Source of the DNA: a virus
Taxonomy: Duplodnaviria > Caudoviricetes
DNA length: 62,057 bases
Virus record (IMG/VR): IMGVR_UViG_3300011113_000163
Location: 1-62,057 of that record
Direction: 5' to 3' (one strand)
Positions 11,232 through 19,813 of the stretch are shown in pieces; the stretch's first letter is position 1, and each line of letters opens with the position of its first letter. Both the position numbers and the translations under genes were made by a program. The notes under the pieces are model-generated. The model worked only from the letters and a program-made list of their open reading frames with translations. It made no database searches and had not been told where the DNA came from.

Positions 11232-11909
11232 ATGGGATATTTAGATAATAGTTCGATTACGGTAGACGCAATCCTTACTAAAAAAGGTAGAGAGTTGTTA
11301 GCCCGCGGACAAAACGAATTTGTAATTACGCAATTTGCATTAGCAGATGATGAGATCGATTACGGATTGTATAATACAGAACATCCGTTAGGTACTGCTT
11401 ATTATGGAGCTGCTATTGAAAATATGCCGATTGTAGAAGCATTACCAGATGAGACGTTAATGATGAAATATAAATTAGTAACGTTGCCTAGAGGCACTGT
11501 TAGAATTCCGGTTATATCTGTTGCTACTACAGAAGTAACATTAGAACCGGGACAAAGCTTTACAATTGCTCCACAAACTATTAATTTTAGCGGCGGCAAT
11601 TCTCAATACGGATATACAGCGATTCTAGCTAGTTCAGAGGCAGGTACAATTGTAGCAACACAAACCGCACAAATACAAATGGGGCCTACCATTCCTCAAT
11701 TTATTGGAGATAATGAAGCAGCACAAAGTGTTACAGTTGTAGGTCGTACATTTACATTTACTGCTGCTAATTTAATATTACCAACAACAACAACAATTAT
11801 GATTATTGGAAATGAAACTGGAGGTCGTGTTACAATCACCATAAATATTAATCCTGTACAGTTAAATAATATGCCTCAGCCAGGTCCGATAGCATTAGGC
11901 GGTGGGTAA
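11232..11909 (+). CDS. baseplate / tail-fibre attachment protein
   Basis: ILTKKGRELLARG..FVITQFALADDEIDY resembles the start of the tail-collar (DUF3751-like) domain. Confidence 0.55.
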   Translation: MGYLDNSSITVDAILTKKGRELLARGQNEFVITQFALADDEIDYGLYNTEHPLGTAYYGAAIENMPIVEALPDETLMMKYKLVTLPRGTVRIPVISVATTEVTLEPGQSFTIAPQTINFSGGNSQYGYTAILASSEAGTIVATQTAQIQMGPTIPQFIGDNEAAQSVTVVGRTFTFTAANLILPTTTTIMIIGNETGGRVTITININPVQLNNMPQPGPIALGGG

Positions 11910-11955
11910 TTAACTAATAAATTTAAAGTAACTACAACAAAAAACATAAAATAAT

Positions 11956-13314
11956 ATGGCATTAACATCACAATATCCGCAAGGATTTATAGATTGGGCA
12001 TCATCGACTCAAGGAGTTAATTTTAATAATCAGACAATTAACGGAAATGCGGTACCTGCATTTGATGCTGCGATACAAAATTTATTAAGTATTTGGGTAA
12101 GTTTAGGACGACCAGGCGGAGTTGCTGGATCAGGTACTGGCGCTACTACTTCGGGCGGTACTGTACCTCAAACATTTGGAACTTCGGCGATGCGTCCACA
12201 AATGCGTCCCCCGAGAGGTGGTAGAATTTGGACAATGTTTAATCCAGATGATGATATCTTACCTAATAACGTTGAAACTGTTACTAAAGGATTATTTTCA
12301 TGTAATTCCGGAAGTATGCAATATTTTTATACTTCATCTACAGAAACAGCTGTACAAAACACTTATTACAGAGAAATTTATACCGCAGATTGTAATTGTG
12401 GCGGTCCTGGAACTGAACCTCAATTTTCTATAGCATATGGTAATTTTAATGGATCAGGTTCTATAGATTTAACAGGTAATTTGAATAATGATACGCCATC
12501 ACGTGCTATTTATGCTCAATATGCTCAGTTATTATTAGAACCAAACGATTTTAAATTTACCATTAATGGACAAGATACTGATAGTATTTACGTATTAAAC
12601 TTTAATCGTGCACGTTGGAGAGAGCGTATAGATCCAGGGAACATTGAACTTAATTTGGCTATATTATCTGGATCGTTTTATGCAAATAACGTACATACAG
12701 GTTCCAATGTAAAATTAGATGGTACCGGACGTATTATACGATTAATTGATAATTCATCTACGACTGCTGCAGCGATTGGAGAGTCTGGAAAACGTTATAG
12801 TATTGTATCTGGAACAATCGACGGTGGTACGTCTATTCATAATTCAGCAGCACCTCATTATTACGGATTATTTTATCCTGATCATGGAGTTATGGTATTA
12901 GATGCCACTAAATTAGATTTATCGGCTTCTTTCAATACTGTGACTGGATCACAAGTGCAGGGCGATAATGCCATGAAGTTATTTACTTCTATATCAGGTT
13001 CGGCTCCGTTAGATGATGGCGCTACAACATATACATATGGTATACAAGCTCGTTCATCTGAACAAATTAAATCTACTTATTACTTTGTACGCGTAAAAAA
13101 TGCTGAGTATAACTATTCGAATAATCCTTCGTTTTCCTCAGGTTCATATGGAGATATGAGATATTCAACATTTATCAATGACCCTCAAACATATATTACT
13201 ACAGTAGGATTATATAATAATAGTAGAGAGTTATTAGCTGTTGCTAAACTTAGTAAACCAATATTAAAATCATTTACTAGAGAAGCATTAATTAAAGTTA
13301 AATTAGACTTCTAA
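11956..13314 (+). CDS. baseplate/tail structural protein
   Basis: C-terminal YITTVGLYNNSRELLAVAKLSKP, paralogous to the C-terminus of the next gene. Confidence 0.55.
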   Translation: MALTSQYPQGFIDWASSTQGVNFNNQTINGNAVPAFDAAIQNLLSIWVSLGRPGGVAGSGTGATTSGGTVPQTFGTSAMRPQMRPPRGGRIWTMFNPDDDILPNNVETVTKGLFSCNSGSMQYFYTSSTETAVQNTYYREIYTADCNCGGPGTEPQFSIAYGNFNGSGSIDLTGNLNNDTPSRAIYAQYAQLLLEPNDFKFTINGQDTDSIYVLNFNRARWRERIDPGNIELNLAILSGSFYANNVHTGSNVKLDGTGRIIRLIDNSSTTAAAIGESGKRYSIVSGTIDGGTSIHNSAAPHYYGLFYPDHGVMVLDATKLDLSASFNTVTGSQVQGDNAMKLFTSISGSAPLDDGATTYTYGIQARSSEQIKSTYYFVRVKNAEYNYSNNPSFSSGSYGDMRYSTFINDPQTYITTVGLYNNSRELLAVAKLSKPILKSFTREALIKVKLDF

Positions 13315-13326
13315 TAAAACGATGAT

Positions 13327-15174
13327 ATGTCAGCTACGCCATCTGTATTTAGACCAGTTCGGGCAAATGATGTCCATATACGACCATTTAAAGCATATAA
13401 AAATTATTTTGTTACAAATTTAACTGGTAGTACATGTACACCTGCAAATACTGCTTCAGCATATTATGCACGTACTGCATTACATAATACAGATTTAATT
13501 AACACAGACGACCCTACATCTACATTTTTATTAAATACGGACGGGTCAGACCAAAATATTGAATGGCGTAGTTTAGATCATCGATTCTACCGATATCCAT
13601 ATGATTGGGCTAGATGTAGTGAATTAACAAATCCTAGAACTAATTACAAGTTTCTATTTTATTCGGCATCTACGTTAGCAATACCATATTTAGATGCCGG
13701 TGAACGTATAAAACCAAACTCTGTTAGACTAGAAGCTACTGTATCTGGACAATATATTGATTTAATTGATGATGGTTATGGTAGTTTACGTGATCCGTTG
13801 ATTATAACAAGTTCATTTGCATCCGCTAGTTATTGTCGTATGTATTATACATTTAACGACGAATTTAGAAGGTTTAATACAAACTTTGGATTAAATGTTA
13901 ATAAAGATATCAAATTTATACGCGGCGGAGTAAGTGTACCGAGCATAGTTCGTAATGTAGACATTCAGCCAGGCGTTACTTTAGTTAACGGAACTACGAA
14001 CATACATAATTCAGGATTATCTGGTTATTTTGATGGTCAAAGTTATATACGATTGGCTGATAACGACATTTATAAACGTTTCAATCATTGTGATAGATGG
14101 ACAATATCATTCTGGTTAAACCCAGATTCTGCTTCTATCGCAGCTGCTACTTCAAGTGCAGGTACAATATTATCTAAAGGTTCTGTTGTAAAAGAGTGGC
14201 AAGCAGTACCAAACATGACAAATACTGGTACTGTAATGGGTTATGCTGATACGGTTTATAATAGACCTAATCCTTTTACCGGCGATTGGACTAATTATAA
14301 AACGCCAATGGAAGTATCTGTAGGTACTGCGTTAGATGTATTGTATGTTGAGTATGGATATGTTTCGAGTAGTTATGTAGAATCCTTAGCTAGCGCTCCA
14401 GCGTTAATGTTTAGATGTAGTGATGGTATATCTAGTACAGAAGTACGTGCACCTATATCAGGCTCAGAGTGGCAACATTATGCTATTGTATATGACGGTT
14501 CATTAGTTTCTATTTATCGTAACGGGTCTTCAACGGGTATTGCAGCTTCTATGCCAAAATATGCTACAGTTAATGCTGCCGATATAATGATAGGAGCAAC
14601 TGATACTAATTACAAGTATGGTTACAAAGGTAATATTGCTGAACTACGTTTTTATGATTATACTGTTAGTGATATAGGAATTCAGTCGTTAGCTAATCGT
14701 CATTTTCTATCAGCGTCACTATATCAAACAAACGTTGGCGGTAACGTATTTTATCGTAATGAGCAAATAGTAGTTACATCACCGTTATCAAAATATAATT
14801 CAGGTTCTGGATTATTTGCTAATGAATGGAAGTTAAATTATCGTGGACAACGTACGTTATATGAAAATGAAGTAATGGTACGTATACCGTCGGATGCTAT
14901 GAATATAAGTATGAATCCTACTGCTACTTATCGACGCGGTAGCGGTATTGATAATAATTGTAACACTGCACCGATGGGTAGCGGAGCAGAGCAATATAAC
15001 GAACCCGGCGAATTTAGGTTGCAAGGATTTTTATCAGGTAGTATGTTACCATATATCACTACTGTAGGATTATATAATCCACAAGGACAATTGTTAGTTA
15101 TTGGAAAATTAGCTCAAGCAGTACAAAAACGTGATGATGTACCGACTAATATAATTCTTCGTTGGGATTATTAA
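13327..15174 (+). CDS. baseplate/tail protein with LamG/concanavalin A-like domain
   Basis: WTISFW..WQHYAIVYDG..IYRNG..GNIAELRFYD LamG pattern; C-terminal YITTVGLYNPQGQLLVIGKL. Confidence 0.65.
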   Translation: MSATPSVFRPVRANDVHIRPFKAYKNYFVTNLTGSTCTPANTASAYYARTALHNTDLINTDDPTSTFLLNTDGSDQNIEWRSLDHRFYRYPYDWARCSELTNPRTNYKFLFYSASTLAIPYLDAGERIKPNSVRLEATVSGQYIDLIDDGYGSLRDPLIITSSFASASYCRMYYTFNDEFRRFNTNFGLNVNKDIKFIRGGVSVPSIVRNVDIQPGVTLVNGTTNIHNSGLSGYFDGQSYIRLADNDIYKRFNHCDRWTISFWLNPDSASIAAATSSAGTILSKGSVVKEWQAVPNMTNTGTVMGYADTVYNRPNPFTGDWTNYKTPMEVSVGTALDVLYVEYGYVSSSYVESLASAPALMFRCSDGISSTEVRAPISGSEWQHYAIVYDGSLVSIYRNGSSTGIAASMPKYATVNAADIMIGATDTNYKYGYKGNIAELRFYDYTVSDIGIQSLANRHFLSASLYQTNVGGNVFYRNEQIVVTSPLSKYNSGSGLFANEWKLNYRGQRTLYENEVMVRIPSDAMNISMNPTATYRRGSGIDNNCNTAPMGSGAEQYNEPGEFRLQGFLSGSMLPYITTVGLYNPQGQLLVIGKLAQAVQKRDDVPTNIILRWDY

Positions 15175-15179
15175 TCAGT

Positions 15180-15187
15180 ATATTTAT
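15180..15187 (+). promoter_or_regulatory. putative late promoter ATATTTAT
   Basis: recurrent intergenic motif. Confidence 0.65.
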
Positions 15188-15203
15188 ATAAAAGGAAAAA
15201 GTT

Positions 15204-15611
15204 ATGGCATGGCATTCAAAGTCAAATATTCGTGCAAACGCGATTAAATATGGTTATCGTTCAGGATTTGAACATAAAATATCAGAACAATTAGAACAGT
15301 TAGATATCGATCCTAAGTATGAACAAACAGTTGTTAAATATACTATACCAGAACGCCAATCAAAATATACCGTAGATTTTACACTACCTAATGGTATATT
15401 AGTTGAGACAAAAGGCCGATGGATGACAGAAGATCGTAAAAAACATTTACTAGTTAAAGAACAGCATCCGGAATTAGACATACGAATTATATTTCAAAAT
15501 GCAAAATCTAAAATTCGCAAAGGGTCAAAAACTTCTTATGCAGACTTTTGCGATAAGCATGGAATTCTATGGGCAGAAAAAAAGATTCCAGAAAGTTGGC
15601 TAAATACTTGA
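15204..15611 (+). CDS. T7 endonuclease I-like Holliday junction resolvase
   Basis: YRSGFE..YTVDFTLPNGILVETKGR..DRKKHLLVKEQHPELDIRIIFQ closely follows T7 gp3. Confidence 0.9.
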   Translation: MAWHSKSNIRANAIKYGYRSGFEHKISEQLEQLDIDPKYEQTVVKYTIPERQSKYTVDFTLPNGILVETKGRWMTEDRKKHLLVKEQHPELDIRIIFQNAKSKIRKGSKTSYADFCDKHGILWAEKKIPESWLNT

Positions 15612-15638
15612 TCTTATGAGATTTTGTTTATAAATTCA
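15608..15638 (+). promoter_or_regulatory. Bacteroidota-type sigma-A-like promoter for primase
   Basis: TTG (15608-10), 20 nt spacer, TAAATTCA (15631-38). Confidence 0.45.
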
Positions 15639-15725
15639 TGTAAATAAATTTTTATGAAAGTTATTGAATAAAACATTGTTAGTATGACAATGCTAATTAA
15701 TAATTTTATATTATAATATTAATTA

Positions 15726-16652
15726 ATGAGTAAGTACTCACTTATTTCTTTGTTAGACTCTGTCTTAGGTAAAGGTAAGACTAATACTAATGATAACATT
15801 GCTTATTGTTGCCCATTCTGTCATACCCAAAAGAAAAAGTTAGAAGTTAATCTTATAACTCAATACTGGCATTGTTGGGTTTGTAATGCATCTGGTAGAA
15901 AGTTAAGCGTACTATTTCGTAAGTTAAATGTACAACGAGATAAGATTGCGCAGTTACTTAAGATAGTTGATGAAACTGAATACAAGCCTACAAAGACAAC
16001 TACAGATACACCCGTTGTAGCATTACCAGATGAATATCGTCCATTATGGATTATCGATAAAACATCACCCGAATATAGAAATGCTATTTACTATCTTAAG
16101 AATCGTGGCATTACTATTAAAGATATTCTTAAGTATCGTATCGGGTATTGCAGAAAAGGACCTTACGCTAAAAAAATTATTATTCCGAGTTATGATGCTA
16201 ATGGAAGTTTAAACTACTTTGTAGCTCGAGCATATTACGATTCGGACTTATTTAAACATAAGAATCCTAAAGTGTCTAAAGATATTGTCGGGTTTGAATT
16301 ACAGATCAATTGGACTATGCCCATTATACTAGTAGAAGGCGCTTTTGACGCAATTGCAATCAAACGTAATGCTATTCCGTTATTCGGTAAAACCATTTCA
16401 AACACGCTAAAAAAACGTATTGTAGAAAAGGGAGTAAAGGACATTTATATATGTTTAGATCTAGATGCTCGTAAGCAAGCGTTAGAAGCTGCTGAGTATT
16501 TTATTAGTAACGGTGTAAATGTATACTTTGTAGACTTAACAGATAAAGATCCTAGTAAATTAGGGTTCTTAAAAATAAAAGAATTGATAGACTTAACACC
16601 GCAGTTAACTGCAAATAGATTAATTGAAGAAAAAATATTATGTTTACTATAG
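15726..16652 (+). CDS. DNA primase (Zn-binding domain + TOPRIM)
   Basis: CPFC..HCWVC zinc finger, IIIPSYD..YFVAR, LVEGAFD and LDLD TOPRIM motifs. Confidence 0.88.
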   Translation: MSKYSLISLLDSVLGKGKTNTNDNIAYCCPFCHTQKKKLEVNLITQYWHCWVCNASGRKLSVLFRKLNVQRDKIAQLLKIVDETEYKPTKTTTDTPVVALPDEYRPLWIIDKTSPEYRNAIYYLKNRGITIKDILKYRIGYCRKGPYAKKIIIPSYDANGSLNYFVARAYYDSDLFKHKNPKVSKDIVGFELQINWTMPIILVEGAFDAIAIKRNAIPLFGKTISNTLKKRIVEKGVKDIYICLDLDARKQALEAAEYFISNGVNVYFVDLTDKDPSKLGFLKIKELIDLTPQLTANRLIEEKILCLL

Positions 16653-19600
16653 ACATTGGATTAGAGCGTATTGATAGAATTTATCATATCGCTGACGTAC
16701 ATGTACGCAACGTTAAAAGGCATGAAGAATACCGCCAGGTATTTAAAAAGTTATATGCTTACATAAAAAAGACAAAAACAAAGAATAGTGTTATCTACGT
16801 AGCTGGTGATATTGTACATGCTAAAACAGATATGTCTCCAGAATTAGTACATGTAGTATCTGATTTTTTTCAAAACTTAGCAGATATTGCACCTACAATT
16901 ATAATCTGCGGAAATCACGATTGTAATCTTAATAACGCGAATCGTTTAGATGCCATTTCCCCTATTGTTAAGGCCCTTAACCACCCTCAATTACATTATC
17001 TTAAAGACAACGGGATATATTGTATATCGGATGTACACTTTAACGTTATGTCTATTTTTAATAAGCCATCTGAATACATTAAAGCTAAGGATTTTGATGG
17101 AAAGTATAAGATTGCTTTACATCACGGGGCGGTTAATTTAGCACAAACTGATATAGGGATGACCTTAAGTAATACGCATGTTACTAACGAATTGTTTGAA
17201 GGACATGATTTAGTATTGTTAGGTGATATACATAAATTACAATTCTTAGATTCTAAAAAGACGATAGCATATCCAGGTAGTTTAATACAACAAAACTATG
17301 GCGAAGCACTACACCATGGTATTTTAGTATGGGACTTAGCTACTAGTACTTCTGAGTTTGTTGAAATTGTTAACGATCATGGATATTATACATTCGAAAT
17401 CGAAAATGGCGTTATACTTAATCCGTCAAATGATGTGCCTAAAAAGCCAAAGTTAAGATTAAAGGTTAAAGATACTGAAACATCTGTATTAAAAACGATT
17501 GTATCAGATTTACGTAAACAATATAAAGTTCAAGAAATTACAGTGCATAAAGTAAATGCATTAAGTAATTACGATCCTAAGCAAAAAGTTAATTTTGGTA
17601 ATATTAGAGACGTGGAATGGCAAAACAATGCTATTACAGATTATTTAAATGATACATATGCGTTAGATGAAGAGTTATTAGATTGTGTTAGGCATATTAA
17701 TCGTACCGTGCACGGTAAATTACCTGAATCAGAAATAACTAGAAATGCTTTATGGACACCTAAGATGTTTGAATTTAGTAACATGTTTAGTTATGGTAAT
17801 GATAATGTTATTGATTTTTCTACATTGAACGGCTCATATGGATTATTTGCTCCTAATGCTTCCGGGAAATCCACATTGTTAGATGCTTTGGCATTTTGTT
17901 GCTTTGATAGATGTAGTCGTACTACAAAAGCTATACACGTATTGAATAATAAACGTAGTACATTTGAATGTAAATTTCAATTTGAATTAGACGGTAAAGA
18001 TTATTTTATACAACGTACTGGAAAGAAAAATAATAAAGGTCATGTTAAAGTTGATGTAGATTTTTGGTATATAAATGAGTCTGGAGAGGAAATATTACTT
18101 AACGGCGACCAACGAGATACTACAAATAAAATTATACGCCAATATTTAGGCTCATATGAAGATTTTGTGTTAACAGCATTATCATTGCAAAGTAATAATA
18201 CTGGCTTTATTGACATGTCACAACGTGAACGTAAAGAGTTACTAACACAATTTTTGGATATCGACGTATTTGAACAACAGTATCAGATAGCTAATGAAGA
18301 GATTAGAGAAACAGCTGCATTAATACGTGAATATAAACGTACTGATCACAGCACGTCATTATCAGAAGCTAGTCAAACAATAACTAATTTAACAAAGTCG
18401 TTAAAAAGTATTACTAAACAAAAAACTGAGTTAGAATCAATGAAAGATGATTTAACTGAAATAGTAATCAATATGACTAAAGAGTTAAAGACGATTGGTA
18501 CTGGCATTGAAAAACCTGATAATATAAAAGCTAAAATCAATATAAAGCTAAGTCAACTAGATTCGTTAAACGATCAGTCTAACGAAATAACGGAACAATT
18601 AGATCAACTTGAAGATAATATTAATAGTATTGTAACCGAACTTGAAGATTACGATCGCGATGCCTTAGATGCTAAAAAGCAAGAGATATTAAAAAACATT
18701 GATACTCATCGCGATTTAACATCACGTGAAAAGTTATTGGAAATGGATATTGCCCATGCGGAAAAAATGGTTTCTAAATTAGAAAAACATCAATGGGATC
18801 CGAATTGTAAATATTGCATGGCTAATCCATGGTTGCAAGATACTAAAAAGGCTAGTGAACGATTACCGTTATTGCAAGAAGAATATAAAGCTTTACAAGC
18901 GGAGATTGAAATTATATGGCCTCAGTGTGATATGTATGACGTTAACAAAGAGTATGTACATTTAGGCGATTTAGAAAGTAGACATGGTAAATTTATTTTA
19001 AAACAATCTGAATTACAACTAAAAGATCAAAAATTAAAATCAGCAATTCAACATGTTAATTCGGAGTTACAAGAATTAGAACGATTGTTAAATGACTCGT
19101 TACAACATATTGATGACCTTAAATTTAATGAAGAAAAAAACGAAGAAATTTTAGAACATCAACAAGAGATTGCCGATTTAACAAACGAAATAAAATCATT
19201 AGAATCAAATATTCTTCAGATATCTGGAAAGATATTAATGGCAGAACAAGCTAAACAAGATGCAGAAAAGGCAATTGCTAGACTTCATGACTTAGAAATA
19301 CAGTATAAAGGATATGAATATTATTTGTTATCTGTTAAACGTGATGGCGTACCGTATAGATTGATAACAAAGGCTCTTCCACAGATCGAAGCTGAAATAA
19401 ATAATATTCTAGCGCAAATTGTAGACTTTTCTATTTTGTTAGAAACTGATGGTAAGAATATTAATGGTTATATTGTATATGATCAAGATAACTTTTGGCC
19501 ATTAGAATTAACATCGGGTATGGAGAAGTTTGTAGCTTCATTAGCGATACGTACTTCGTTAATTAAAATATCTAGTTTACCTAGACCAAACTTTTTAGCA

Positions 19601-19786
19601 ATTGATGAAGGGTTTGGAGTATTAGATTCTGATAATCTTAATAGCATGTTTGCGTTATTTGATTATCTCAAATCACAGTTTGGTTTTATTATGTGTATAT
19701 CACATATCGATGCTATGCGTGATATTGTAGATAAACTTATAGAAATTAAGAAAGATAGCGGATATTCTAAAATAAGTTATTCCTGA
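16640..19786 (+). CDS. fused SbcD/Mre11 (gp47-like) nuclease and SbcC/Rad50 (gp46-like) ATPase
   Basis: ADVH, GDIVH, GNHD, GDIH phosphoesterase motifs; APNASGKS Walker A; CKYC hook in coiled coil; SGMEK signature; IDEGFG Walker B; ISH. Confidence 0.9.
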   Translation: MFTIDIGLERIDRIYHIADVHVRNVKRHEEYRQVFKKLYAYIKKTKTKNSVIYVAGDIVHAKTDMSPELVHVVSDFFQNLADIAPTIIICGNHDCNLNNANRLDAISPIVKALNHPQLHYLKDNGIYCISDVHFNVMSIFNKPSEYIKAKDFDGKYKIALHHGAVNLAQTDIGMTLSNTHVTNELFEGHDLVLLGDIHKLQFLDSKKTIAYPGSLIQQNYGEALHHGILVWDLATSTSEFVEIVNDHGYYTFEIENGVILNPSNDVPKKPKLRLKVKDTETSVLKTIVSDLRKQYKVQEITVHKVNALSNYDPKQKVNFGNIRDVEWQNNAITDYLNDTYALDEELLDCVRHINRTVHGKLPESEITRNALWTPKMFEFSNMFSYGNDNVIDFSTLNGSYGLFAPNASGKSTLLDALAFCCFDRCSRTTKAIHVLNNKRSTFECKFQFELDGKDYFIQRTGKKNNKGHVKVDVDFWYINESGEEILLNGDQRDTTNKIIRQYLGSYEDFVLTALSLQSNNTGFIDMSQRERKELLTQFLDIDVFEQQYQIANEEIRETAALIREYKRTDHSTSLSEASQTITNLTKSLKSITKQKTELESMKDDLTEIVINMTKELKTIGTGIEKPDNIKAKINIKLSQLDSLNDQSNEITEQLDQLEDNINSIVTELEDYDRDALDAKKQEILKNIDTHRDLTSREKLLEMDIAHAEKMVSKLEKHQWDPNCKYCMANPWLQDTKKASERLPLLQEEYKALQAEIEIIWPQCDMYDVNKEYVHLGDLESRHGKFILKQSELQLKDQKLKSAIQHVNSELQELERLLNDSLQHIDDLKFNEEKNEEILEHQQEIADLTNEIKSLESNILQISGKILMAEQAKQDAEKAIARLHDLEIQYKGYEYYLLSVKRDGVPYRLITKALPQIEAEINNILAQIVDFSILLETDGKNINGYIVYDQDNFWPLELTSGMEKFVASLAIRTSLIKISSLPRPNFLAIDEGFGVLDSDNLNSMFALFDYLKSQFGFIMCISHIDAMRDIVDKLIEIKKDSGYSKISYS

Positions 19787-19793
19787 TATTTAT
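19786..19793 (+). promoter_or_regulatory. putative late promoter ATATTTAT
   Basis: recurrent motif, overlaps upstream TGA. Confidence 0.65.
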
Positions 19794-19813
19794 ATGAAAA
19801 GTAGGAATAGTAA

